This document shows, piece after piece, positions 28,604-37,380 of a stretch of 64,000 nucleotides of DNA. Numbering within the stretch: the first letter of the stretch is position 1; every line of letters starts with the position of its first letter. The DNA is from an uncultured bacterium (GTDB lineage: Bacteria > Zhuqueibacterota > QNDG01 > JAGLOF01). Made by a program: the position numbers and the translations under genes. Location of the stretch: assembly GCA_964621645.1 (NCBI GenBank), contig CAZUMH010000003.1:14485-78484 (forward strand). The letters are read 5' to 3'. The notes beneath the pieces were generated by a model, which did not search any database, was not told where the DNA came from, and saw nothing but the letters and a program-made list of their open reading frames with translations.

Positions 28604-29148
28604 GTTTTTCCATCCTCGCTTCTGGATGATTCCTTGATAGGTGACTTTTTACCCTGTTCGCGGGAACTCACTATCTCTTCCCGAATGATCCGGCGGGCGA
28701 CAGCGGGAATCGCCGCCGTGACCTCCGGTGTGCAGGAGTCCCCGAAAGTGGTGACGTCCTTCACGCCGATACCGTAGATGACTATCTCTTCCGGCAGATC
28801 CATCTTCAGTCTCTGTCCCAACGCCAGTGCCTCGTTCAAGGGAACCTGATGACGTGACATGGCCGATCCTCCGGTCAAATCTTCGGCCTTCAATCTGACC
28901 AGAGAACCGGGCCCGGCCGTCCCCAAAGCATCAACAATGACGACCTTGCGATACCCGCGCATCAGATCCAACAGTTCAAGTCCACCCAGGCTGGCTTCGA
29001 TGAAGTCGACCCCGGCACCGCTGTACAATTTTTCAATCTCCCGGCTGACATAGATACCCACCCCGTCATCGCTGAGAATAGTGTTGCCCAAACCGAGGAT
29101 CAGCGTGGGGGATTCCCGTTTGGGGAGAGTATGCCCGGAGCGGCTCAC
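28600..29148 (-). CDS. Hydrogenase maturation protease family protein (HyaD/HybD/FrhD-like)
   Basis: The N-terminus LILGLGNTILSDDGVGIYV matches the HybD-like fold. It also has DALG and a C-terminal His candidate. Confidence 0.65.
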   Translation of the reverse strand: MSRSGHTLPKRESPTLILGLGNTILSDDGVGIYVSREIEKLYSGAGVDFIEASLGGLELLDLMRGYRKVVIVDALGTAGPGSLVRLKAEDLTGGSAMSRHQVPLNEALALGQRLKMDLPEEIVIYGIGVKDVTTFGDSCTPEVTAAIPAVARRIIREEIVSSREQGKKSPIKESSRSEDGKT

Positions 29149-29708
29149 GTCTCCTCACGGTTGTAGGCGGCCATTCCTTCTTTGTAAAGATCGCCGCCGA
29201 AAGCGTCGTTTACCACTACTGCGGGGAAATCTTCCACCTCGAGCCGACGGATCGCTTCCGGGCCCAGATCTTCAAAGGCTACGACCTCCGCCTTTTTCAC
29301 CGCCTGAGCCATAAGGGCGGCGGCTCCGCCGATTGCTCCAAAATAGACCGCCCCGAATTTTTTCTGTGCTTCGATGACCTCCGGAGCCCGGTTTCCCTTG
29401 CCGATCATTCCTTTCAGGCCCACTTCAATAAGACGGGGGGCGAAAGGATCCATCCGATAGCTGGTTGTGGGACCGACCGAACCTATGGGCCGACCCGGTT
29501 TGGCCGGCGCCGGTCCAGCATAATAGATTATCTGTCCCTTAAAATCCACCGGCAGGGTCTCTCCCCGGTCCAGGGCTTCGATAAGCCGTTTATGGGCTGA
29601 ATCCCGGGCTGTATAGATTACTCCGCTGATTACCACCGCATCACCGATACGGAGCTGTTTCACGGCTTCATCCGTCAGGGGAGTGGTTATTCTTTTTACA
29701 TCAGACAT
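29145..29708 (-). CDS. Fumarate hydratase class I, beta (C-terminal) subunit
   Basis: The Fe-S hydro-lyase beta-type sequence reads GKGNRAPEVIEAQKKFGAVYF. The start is probably MSDVKR at 29708. Confidence 0.8.
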   Translation of the reverse strand: MSDVKRITTPLTDEAVKQLRIGDAVVISGVIYTARDSAHKRLIEALDRGETLPVDFKGQIIYYAGPAPAKPGRPIGSVGPTTSYRMDPFAPRLIEVGLKGMIGKGNRAPEVIEAQKKFGAVYFGAIGGAAALMAQAVKKAEVVAFEDLGPEAIRRLEVEDFPAVVVNDAFGGDLYKEGMAAYNREET

Positions 29709-29752
29709 GGCCTTTTCCTCATATACGGGTGTGCATTGAATTGACTTGTTTA

Positions 29753-30595
29753 TTACAGGATGACTTCCTTGTGGCGCGCCACATGGCACTGCATATTCAC
29801 CGCAACAGGGAAACTGGCGATATGACAGGGATGAACCTCAATATGCACGGCCAATGCAGTGCATCTGCCGCCGAACCCCTGGGGACCGATACCCAGCTTA
29901 TTTATCTTCTCTAGAAGTTCTGCCTCCAGGTCAGCGTAGAACGGATCGGGATGGCGCGATCCAACCGGGCGCAGCAGGGCTCTTTTGGCGATCTGGGCGC
30001 ACTTGTCGAATGTTCCCCCGATGCCGACACCCACAATAACCGGAGGGCAGGGATTGGCACCGGATCTTCGCACCCGGTCCACCACGAATTCCTTGACCCC
30101 CTCGACCCCGGCGGCTGGAGCCAGCATCTTCACTTCGCTCATATTCTCACTGCCGCCTCCTTTGGGAGCAATGGTAATCTTGATCTTATCGCCCGGCACG
30201 ATATCGCAATACACAATGGCGGGAGTGTTATCTCCGGTGTTTTTCCGTTCAATGGGATCACTGACCACCGACTTGCGCAGATATCCTTCTGCGTATCCCT
30301 GCCGCACTCCTTCGTTGATCGCCTCACCCAGGTCACCACCGATGATATGCAGGTCCTGCCCGATCTCGACGAAGAAGACGGCGTATCCGGTGTCTTGACA
30401 GAGGGGGACCGCATCGTTTTTCCCGATTTCGATGTTCTGGAGAATTTTGCCCATCACCTCTTTCCCTGTGGGCGATTCTTCCCGTTCCATACAGGATTTA
30501 ATTCTGTCGGTGACATCATCCCCCAAATAAAAATTAGCGTCCAAACAAAGCTTCTTGACCGCTTCCGTTATTCGAGCAACGTCCAGTTCTCTCAT
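29753..30595 (-). CDS. Fumarate hydratase class I, alpha (N-terminal) subunit
   Basis: The 280-aa Fe-S hydro-lyase alpha-type product has Cys ligands (CQDTG..; ..CPP; ..C). It lies adjacent to the beta subunit. Confidence 0.8.
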   Translation of the reverse strand: MRELDVARITEAVKKLCLDANFYLGDDVTDRIKSCMEREESPTGKEVMGKILQNIEIGKNDAVPLCQDTGYAVFFVEIGQDLHIIGGDLGEAINEGVRQGYAEGYLRKSVVSDPIERKNTGDNTPAIVYCDIVPGDKIKITIAPKGGGSENMSEVKMLAPAAGVEGVKEFVVDRVRRSGANPCPPVIVGVGIGGTFDKCAQIAKRALLRPVGSRHPDPFYADLEAELLEKINKLGIGPQGFGGRCTALAVHIEVHPCHIASFPVAVNMQCHVARHKEVIL

Positions 30596-30687
30596 GAATT
30601 GGCTCCTTTAGATTGTCTGCCGTCTTTCCCGCTGCCGGGAAAAACGTATCTGAAAATTCCAGCGATATAGTAAACGGCGGGGATCGG

Positions 30688-31350
30688 TCAGCACCATCCC
30701 ACCACCTTGTTTACCAGCTTCTCGATACCCGGGGCAATATCGGAGATAGCGGGACCCAGCATATACGCAGGCGTGGACACGATTTTCATCTCTTCATCGA
30801 CCACAATCTGGTCAACTGAAGCCGTTTGGTGTCTGGCTCCGAAGTATTCAATGTCCGCGGCCGTTCCCGTATCCGTTCCTATGGTAAGCAACGGTTTTCT
30901 GGCCTCTTCCTTGAAGGCGACTGCCGCCAATACCGGCGCGATGCAGATGAAGCCCAATGGCTTGCCCGCAGCCCGCATTCCGAGAATCAAGTTCTTCACT
31001 TCCGGACGCAGCGTACAATCCCGCCCTTTAAAAGCGTAATTCGAAAGATTCTTGGCCGCTCCGAATCCTCCCGGGAGTATCAGTCCATCCAGCTCTCCCA
31101 CCTTTACATCCGTCACCGGATGCACACCGCCCCTGGCAATACGGGCCGACTCAACCAGAATATTCCTCTCTTCCCCGGAGGGAGAGTCATTCTGATGATT
31201 TATCACTTCTGACTGGGCCGCGTCCGGGGCTATAAAGTGTATCGTAACTCCAGCCTGATCCAGGAACAGAAGGGTCAACGTGGCTTCATGTATTTCGCTG
31301 CCGTCATTCACGCCGCAGCCGGAAAGCAGCACTCCGATTGTCTTCGCCAT
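30688..31350 (-). CDS. elbB: DJ-1/PfpI-family protein ElbB (isoprenoid biosynthesis glyoxalase-like)
   Basis: It is collinear with E. coli ElbB (IGVLLSGCGVNDGSEIHEATLTL..; LPGGFGAAKNLSNYA; GKPLGFICIAP; TPAYML). The start is at a Met with a GGAGGTG RBS. Confidence 0.85.
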   Translation of the reverse strand: MAKTIGVLLSGCGVNDGSEIHEATLTLLFLDQAGVTIHFIAPDAAQSEVINHQNDSPSGEERNILVESARIARGGVHPVTDVKVGELDGLILPGGFGAAKNLSNYAFKGRDCTLRPEVKNLILGMRAAGKPLGFICIAPVLAAVAFKEEARKPLLTIGTDTGTAADIEYFGARHQTASVDQIVVDEEMKIVSTPAYMLGPAISDIAPGIEKLVNKVVGWC

Positions 31351-31470
31351 GGGCCACCTCCATTCTCTTCTTATAGGATTTAAATTGTACAAAAATTAAT
31401 GACTTCATGCAAGCGGAAAAAATATTTCATGCCTCCTTTCAGCACCTGTTTGTCTGTCCCTACGGGAATG

Positions 31471-31497
31471 AAAAAACCCCGCCATTAGGCGGGGTTT
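31471..31497 (-). terminator. Rho-independent terminator downstream of icd
   Basis: The stem aaccccgcc (31475-83) pairs with ggcggggtt (31489-97) around an attag loop. On the minus strand it is followed by a U-run (plus-strand aaaaaa, 31471-76). Confidence 0.75.
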
Positions 31498-31544
31498 CCA
31501 GGTGTTAAAAACAGCAGTATCTCAGCAATATCGGGCATCCTGAA

Positions 31545-32747
31545 TCAGGACTGTTTCGCGTATGATTCCCAGCGCTGCTGCAAGCGGGCATCCTGCATGG
31601 TTTCCATAACATAGTTGCTGAATTCGGCGGCGGTTGCTCCCGTATCTCTGCCGGTTATCCGCAGTTTCTTTTCAAACACGCTGCAGATATCCAGCGCCTT
31701 TTCCAAAAGATCGGCTTTATCCTGATAGCCGATGTGCCCCAGAAGCATCACCGAAGCCCGCAGCATACTGCAGGGATCTGCGTAATTCCCCCGCCCCTCC
31801 TTCATCATACGCGGCGCCGATCCGTGGATGGCCTCAAACATCGCATAGCGTTTGCCGATGTTGGCGCTGCCGGCAGTGCCCACACCACCCTGAAATTCAG
31901 CCGCTTCATCGGTCAGGATATCACCGTATAGATTCGGCAGGACCATGACCCGGAACTGTGTTCTGCGTTTGGGATCCACCAGTTTGGCCGTCATAATATC
32001 AATATACCAGCCCTCCCAGTGAATGTGGGGATATTCCTTGCCTATTTCAGCAGCGACATCGAGGAAGAGTCCGTCCGTGGTCTTGATAACGTTGGCTTTC
32101 GTGACCACAGTCACCGAATCGATACCGTTCTTATCCGCGTAATCGAATGCCATCCGGATAATCCGTTCGGCTCCCTGTCTGGTGATGACCTTGAAATCCA
32201 TAGCCAGATCAGCTCCAACCATGACTCCCTGGCTGCCCAGTACATAAGCCCCTTCGGTATTCTCACGGAAAAACATCCAGTTGATACCCTGACTGGGAAC
32301 CTTTACCGGCCGGACATTGGCAAACAGGTCAAGATAACGGCGCATGGCAACATTTGCGCTTTCGATATTGGGCCACTCGCTCCCCTTTTCAGGCGTGGTC
32401 GTGGGTGCCTTGAGAATGACGTGGCAGGCCTTTAATGCTTCCAGCACATCATCGGGGATGGCCTTCTTATGAGCGGCCCGGTTCTCGATGGTTAATCCCT
32501 CGATGGTCCGAAAGACAACTTTTCCGGAAGCCGTCTCCTTTTCCAGCAGGAATTCCAGTACCCGCCGGGCTTCCTGGGAAATAATAGGACCGATACCGTC
32601 ACCGCCGCACACTCCGATGATAATGGGTGACAGACTGGCGTAATCGATCCAGTCAGCGGCCTGTTTCATCTTTTCAATACGTCCCAACTGTTGGGTAAGG
32701 ATGGTTTCGAAATGTTGCTTGGCCTTCTCTATCTCGGGATTACTCAT
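31545..32747 (-). CDS. icd: Isocitrate dehydrogenase (isocitrate/isopropylmalate dehydrogenase family)
   Basis: The family motifs NLYGDILTDEAA, GSANIG and FEAIHGSAP are present. Size is 400 aa. It lies in a TCA-gene context next to aconitase. Confidence 0.75.
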   Translation of the reverse strand: MSNPEIEKAKQHFETILTQQLGRIEKMKQAADWIDYASLSPIIIGVCGGDGIGPIISQEARRVLEFLLEKETASGKVVFRTIEGLTIENRAAHKKAIPDDVLEALKACHVILKAPTTTPEKGSEWPNIESANVAMRRYLDLFANVRPVKVPSQGINWMFFRENTEGAYVLGSQGVMVGADLAMDFKVITRQGAERIIRMAFDYADKNGIDSVTVVTKANVIKTTDGLFLDVAAEIGKEYPHIHWEGWYIDIMTAKLVDPKRRTQFRVMVLPNLYGDILTDEAAEFQGGVGTAGSANIGKRYAMFEAIHGSAPRMMKEGRGNYADPCSMLRASVMLLGHIGYQDKADLLEKALDICSVFEKKLRITGRDTGATAAEFSNYVMETMQDARLQQRWESYAKQS

Positions 32748-32769
32748 AGTGGATTCTCCGAATTATTTA

Positions 32770-34707
32770 TCAACTCGATTTTCTGGTGAAGTTCAGCAGT
32801 CCTCCCGCAAAAATGATTTCTCTCTGCCGGGGTGAAAGTTCGTAGGTCAGGCGGATGTCGGTCTTTTGTGTGATATTCTTCAGAATGACTTCATCACCCT
32901 GGGACAGTTTTTCCCTCAGGGAGGGTATGTGGAGCTCGTCTCCCTGCCGGATGGTATCATAATCCTTGGGATCGGCGAAACAGAAGGGCACGATGCCGAA
33001 ATTAATCAGGTTGGCGGTATGGATCCTCTCAAGACTCTTGGCGATCACCGCCTTCACGCCCAGGTACATGGGACAGAGGGCCGCATGTTCCCGGGAAGAA
33101 CCCTGCCCGTAACTGAGTCCCCCCACAATAACGTTATGCTTTCCCTTGTCTCTGTTTTCCAGGCAGCGTTTGGCGAAAGTCGAGTCGACTGGTTCAAACA
33201 CGAAACCGGCGTATACCGGAACGTTGGAACGGTATTTCAACCGCGCTCCCGCCGGCATGATATGGTCGGTGGTTATTTTATCCCCGACTTTGATGGTGAC
33301 CTCGCCGTGCAACTCCCCGGGCAGAGGATCATTGACCGGCGGATCGCCGATGTTGGGCCCGCGAAACACCTCAACTGAGGATCCGTCTCTCGGCGGAGGC
33401 AGGATGAGGCTGTCGTCTATGGTAAAGATATTGGGCAGCAGGATGTCGGGATACCGCAAGCCGGCGCCACTGGGATCGGTCATTTCACCGGTGAGAGCGG
33501 CAACGACGGCGGTCTCCGTGCTGGCCAGATATACCTGGGCGGATTTTGTTCCGGATCGTCCTTCAAAATTGCGGTTATTGGTGCGGATAGAGACGGCGTT
33601 CGTCTGAGGGGCCTGTCCATTGCCGATACAGAAGCCGCAGGCCGTCTCCATGATTCGGGCTCCGGCTGCGATCATATCGCTCAGGGCGCCCTGATCGGCA
33701 ATCATCCGCAGCACCTGTTTGGAACCGGGCGCTACGATCAGGCTGACATCCGGGTGAACCGTTTTTCCTTTAAGGACCGCAGCGACAGTGAGCAGATCCT
33801 TTAGGGAGGAGTTGGTGCAGCTGCCGATTGCCACCTGATTTACCTTCATCCCCGCCAGATCAGACACCTTACAGACGTTGTCAGGGCTGTGAGGCTGGGC
33901 CAACATGGGTTCAATTTGGCTCAAATCAAGGTCAATCTGCCTGTCATATTCTGCATCGGCATCCGCTTTGAGCTCGCTCCAGCTTTCCCTCCGCTTCTGG
34001 GCCTCAAGAAAAGTTCGGGTGATATCGTCACTGGGGAAAAGTGAAGTGGTTACTCCCAGTTCGGCACCCATATTGGTTATGGTGGCCCGTTCGGGAACGC
34101 TGAGGGTTCTCACCCCTTCACCGCCGTACTCAACTACCCAGCCCACATTTCCCTTGGTGGTCAGGATCTCCAGGACCTTCAGGATCACATCCTTGGCAGC
34201 CACCCAGGGCCGCAGCTTTCCCGTAAGGGTAACGTTAAGGACTTTGGGATAGCTGATATAGAAGGCGCCGCCTCCCATAGCCACGGCGACATCGAGCCCC
34301 CCTGCTCCAATGGCCAACATGCCTATCCCTCCGCCGGTAGGCGTATGACTGTCGGATCCGAGAAGTGTCTTCCCTGGGACGCCGAAGCGTTCCAGATGGA
34401 CCTGGTGACAGATGCCGTTTCCCGCCTTGGAAAGATAGATGCCGTATTTGGCGGCAACGGATTGCAGATAGCGGTGATCGTCCGCGTTCTCAAACCCCTG
34501 CTGCAGGGTGTTATGGTCGATATAGCTGACCGACAAATCCGTCTTCACTCGGGGGATTCCCATCGTTTCAAACTGCAGGTAGGCCATGGTGCCGGTGGCA
34601 TCCTGGGTCAGCGTCTGGTCAATATGGATCGCCGCCGGCTTTCCAGGAATCATTTCTCCTTCAACCAGGTGGGCCGCAATGATCTTCTCGACGATATTTT
34701 GTCCCAT
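32770..34707 (-). CDS. Aconitate hydratase (645-aa aconitase-family protein)
   Basis: Aconitase family regions are present (GSDSHT, CTNSS, FEGRSG-like, SRE). It is adjacent to icd. Confidence 0.75.
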   Translation of the reverse strand: MGQNIVEKIIAAHLVEGEMIPGKPAAIHIDQTLTQDATGTMAYLQFETMGIPRVKTDLSVSYIDHNTLQQGFENADDHRYLQSVAAKYGIYLSKAGNGICHQVHLERFGVPGKTLLGSDSHTPTGGGIGMLAIGAGGLDVAVAMGGGAFYISYPKVLNVTLTGKLRPWVAAKDVILKVLEILTTKGNVGWVVEYGGEGVRTLSVPERATITNMGAELGVTTSLFPSDDITRTFLEAQKRRESWSELKADADAEYDRQIDLDLSQIEPMLAQPHSPDNVCKVSDLAGMKVNQVAIGSCTNSSLKDLLTVAAVLKGKTVHPDVSLIVAPGSKQVLRMIADQGALSDMIAAGARIMETACGFCIGNGQAPQTNAVSIRTNNRNFEGRSGTKSAQVYLASTETAVVAALTGEMTDPSGAGLRYPDILLPNIFTIDDSLILPPPRDGSSVEVFRGPNIGDPPVNDPLPGELHGEVTIKVGDKITTDHIMPAGARLKYRSNVPVYAGFVFEPVDSTFAKRCLENRDKGKHNVIVGGLSYGQGSSREHAALCPMYLGVKAVIAKSLERIHTANLINFGIVPFCFADPKDYDTIRQGDELHIPSLREKLSQGDEVILKNITQKTDIRLTYELSPRQREIIFAGGLLNFTRKSS

Positions 34708-34719
34708 CGGTTATTCCTT

Positions 34720-36000
34720 TCAGGCAGCGCCTGTTTGCTTTTCCACCCAGCTGATCCCCACCGATTTCGGACGCTCAATTGGTGATCCTATAGCCCGGTC
34801 GATAATCATCTGGGAGCATATCCCCAGACACCGGGAAACACCGAAAAGAACGGTATAATACGGGAATTCCGTCAGGCCGAAATGATGGAGTAACGCGCCG
34901 GAACCGGCATCCACATTGGGCCAGGGATTTTTTGCCTTGCCGTGTTCCTCCAGAATACCCGGTACTATTTTAAACAGCTTGGATACAATGCTGAAGACTT
35001 CGTCATTGGCACAATATTTCTCACCAAAGGCATGGAAGGCTGTGTAGCGCGGATCCGTGGCCCGCAGCACCGCATGTCCATAGCCGGGGATTACTCTTCC
35101 TGAGTTAAGTGTATCCCAGACAAACTTGGCCAACTCCTCATCGGAGGGGACACCGTTATACTGGTCACGCAGAGCCAGAACAAATTTCAAGCATTCCTGA
35201 TTAGCCAGACCGTGCAACGGTCCTGCCAGTCCGTTCAGTCCGGCGCAGATGGAATAATAGGCGTCGGAGAGAGCGGAAGCCACCAGATGACAGGTATGGG
35301 CGCTGACATTGCCGCTTTCATGGTCACAGTGAAGCACCATATACAGCCTCATCAGGTCGGCGAATGTACTGTCAGGATCGTCGATGCCCAGCATGCGGGC
35401 GTAGTTGGTGCTCCAGTCCAGATTTGGATTGTAGGGAATAATCGGTCCTTTTTTAAAGCGGATGCGATAGACTCCTGCTGCAATGCTGGGAAGTTTGGCG
35501 ATAATGCTGAGACAATCCTCATACATCGGCTTCCAATAGTCTTCTTTCTTCAGGCCGCGGCTGTATTGCCGACGGAATTCCGATTCGCTTTCCAGCACCA
35601 GGATGGCGGCATTGAACATCTCCATGGGATGTGAGTCTTCCGGTAAATCCCGCAGGACATTCCAGACATAATCGGACACATGGGCTCTTTTGGTCAGGTC
35701 GTCCTTGAAATCTTCCAATGATTTTTTGTCGGGAAGCTCTCCGGTGGTGAGAAGATAGAAAATTTCCTCCGGCAGTCTGTCGGTCAATTCTGATATGGGG
35801 ATGCCCCTGATAATCAATCCCTTCATGGGATCCACTAACGAGGTTTCGCACAGCAGGCATTTGACTCCCCGTACGCCTCCGAAAAGCTGTTGTACCGTTA
35901 CCTCTGAAATGACCTTGTCTCCGTGTTCCTTGACTAATGTGCGGATTCGCTCTCGCAATCCGGGTATCTGTTCTTCCAGTACGTCTTTGATCGTTGACAT
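34720..36000 (-). CDS. gltA: Citrate synthase, eukaryote/mitochondrial-like type
   Basis: The motif VIPGYGHAVLRATDPRYTAF matches the mitochondrial-type CS signature, not the E. coli type GFGHRVY. Size is 426 aa. Confidence 0.85.
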   Translation of the reverse strand: MSTIKDVLEEQIPGLRERIRTLVKEHGDKVISEVTVQQLFGGVRGVKCLLCETSLVDPMKGLIIRGIPISELTDRLPEEIFYLLTTGELPDKKSLEDFKDDLTKRAHVSDYVWNVLRDLPEDSHPMEMFNAAILVLESESEFRRQYSRGLKKEDYWKPMYEDCLSIIAKLPSIAAGVYRIRFKKGPIIPYNPNLDWSTNYARMLGIDDPDSTFADLMRLYMVLHCDHESGNVSAHTCHLVASALSDAYYSICAGLNGLAGPLHGLANQECLKFVLALRDQYNGVPSDEELAKFVWDTLNSGRVIPGYGHAVLRATDPRYTAFHAFGEKYCANDEVFSIVSKLFKIVPGILEEHGKAKNPWPNVDAGSGALLHHFGLTEFPYYTVLFGVSRCLGICSQMIIDRAIGSPIERPKSVGISWVEKQTGAA

Positions 36001-36419
36001 GATAAACTCCTTTCTGGAACACTTAACGGTTTATGAAAAATTACCTCTGCTTGCGATCACCTTTTATCAACCACAGAGAATACAAATAAAATTCTCAGAC
36101 AATGTGTTAAATTTTACTGCGATAAAGCCAGCAGGTCCTAAATGGGAAAAAGCTTTTCGAGAGAGACTTTCGCAGAACACCGTTATTGCTAACGATGAAT
36201 AGATCTATCTGGCCGCTGATGAAAAGGGTCCCCGATTTCCGAAACAGTATGGTTACGGCGGGAACCCCGTAACCGGATGTGGAAGCTCGCAATAAAAATA
36301 ATGTATAAAAAAGTCAGAGTAAATGCAAGTTCCTCATCCACCAGGATCTCAGAGCGGCAATGAAGCGTCCAGGCTTTTCGAGCCGTCAGATGAACATCCG
36401 CCTCAGCCGTACGAAATGC

Positions 36420-36809
36420 TTAACCGGGCTCCATACTCTGGATTTCAGAGGTGAATCGGTCAATAGCCTGCTGAAGTTTTCCGGCCTCACCTTTGTCTAT
36501 CCACTCCAGGCGCAGACGCTCAGGATTAATGCCCAGCTGACCCAGCATGGTTTTTAACAGCCGTACCCGACCCACCGTCTGATAATTACCGTCGTGTTCG
36601 CACTTGTCTTTTGGACAGGCAGCCAGCATCACCCCCGCAGCTCCTTTTTGGAAGGACTGTACGATAAGCTCCGGTGAAATTCGACCGGAACACATGCTGA
36701 CCATGAATTTGGTATCATCCGAGTCAGCCGCACAGGGTCCGCAGCTGGACATCTGCAATCCCGGGTAAGAGGACCAGTTACAGAAGAAGATAACTGTTTT
36801 ATTTTTCAT
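36420..36809 (-). CDS. MvhD-like hydrogenase iron-sulfur subunit, degenerate Cys motif
   Basis: It has the MvhD fold, but its N-terminal motif is CNWSSYPG where the paralogs read C(K/N)WC(S/T)Y..ADLAG. One cluster Cys is Ser and ADLAG is absent. Confidence 0.6.
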   Translation of the reverse strand: MKNKTVIFFCNWSSYPGLQMSSCGPCAADSDDTKFMVSMCSGRISPELIVQSFQKGAAGVMLAACPKDKCEHDGNYQTVGRVRLLKTMLGQLGINPERLRLEWIDKGEAGKLQQAIDRFTSEIQSMEPG

Positions 36810-37363
36810 GAGAGGCCCCCTTCCAGGTAGGTGCTTACTTGCTCAAGCAATTCCCGCTGACTCAGGCCGAATCCTTCCCTGCTTTTGGCCGCTCCTGAAG
36901 GACAGGCCGCCACACAGCACCCGCAGCTCTGACATTTCACCTTGTCAATCACGATCTTGTCGGTTTTGGGATCATAACTCCGCGCTTCATGCCTGCAGGC
37001 AGAAATACAAATGCAGCAGCGGCTGCAGAGATCCTCATCCGTGAATGAGGTTGTGCCCGTCACATCCAATCCCGCCTCGAGAAAGTCCGCCTTGGCCTCA
37101 GTGAAGATATCGGTTACCGGAACTTTGGCCGAGCAGGAAGAGTCACAGCGCTTGCACATATAACACTCAAATACCTTTTCGGCCAGGTACTCACTGGGTT
37201 CCAGATCACCCTGCATGAGGCCATAGAGCATAATCAGCTTGCCTCGTGGTGTATCCGTCTCCCACCCGGTAATTTTGAAGATATGACACTGTTCAAAACA
37301 GTATCCGCACCTGATGCAAAGATTGAGTGTATCCTGCCATTTTTTCAGTCTGGTAAATTCCAT
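36806..37363 (-). CDS. 4Fe-4S dicluster ferredoxin-domain protein (HdrC/GlcF N-terminal-like)
   Basis: The motifs CIRCGYCFEQC and CYMCKRC..C are followed by CSRCCICISAC and CQSCGCCVAACP. No CCG domain is present. Confidence 0.6.
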   Translation of the reverse strand: MEFTRLKKWQDTLNLCIRCGYCFEQCHIFKITGWETDTPRGKLIMLYGLMQGDLEPSEYLAEKVFECYMCKRCDSSCSAKVPVTDIFTEAKADFLEAGLDVTGTTSFTDEDLCSRCCICISACRHEARSYDPKTDKIVIDKVKCQSCGCCVAACPSGAAKSREGFGLSQRELLEQVSTYLEGGLS

Positions 37364-37380
37364 AGCTCGCTCCCGCCATC

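Noticed and set aside
36251-36274. Perfect hairpin GGTTACGG-cgggaacc-CCGTAACC, considered as a rho-independent terminator or riboswitch element.
   Set aside because: There is no U-tract on either strand, and it lies 150 nt downstream of the nearest stop codon. It is kept only as a possible protein-binding palindrome (see finding).
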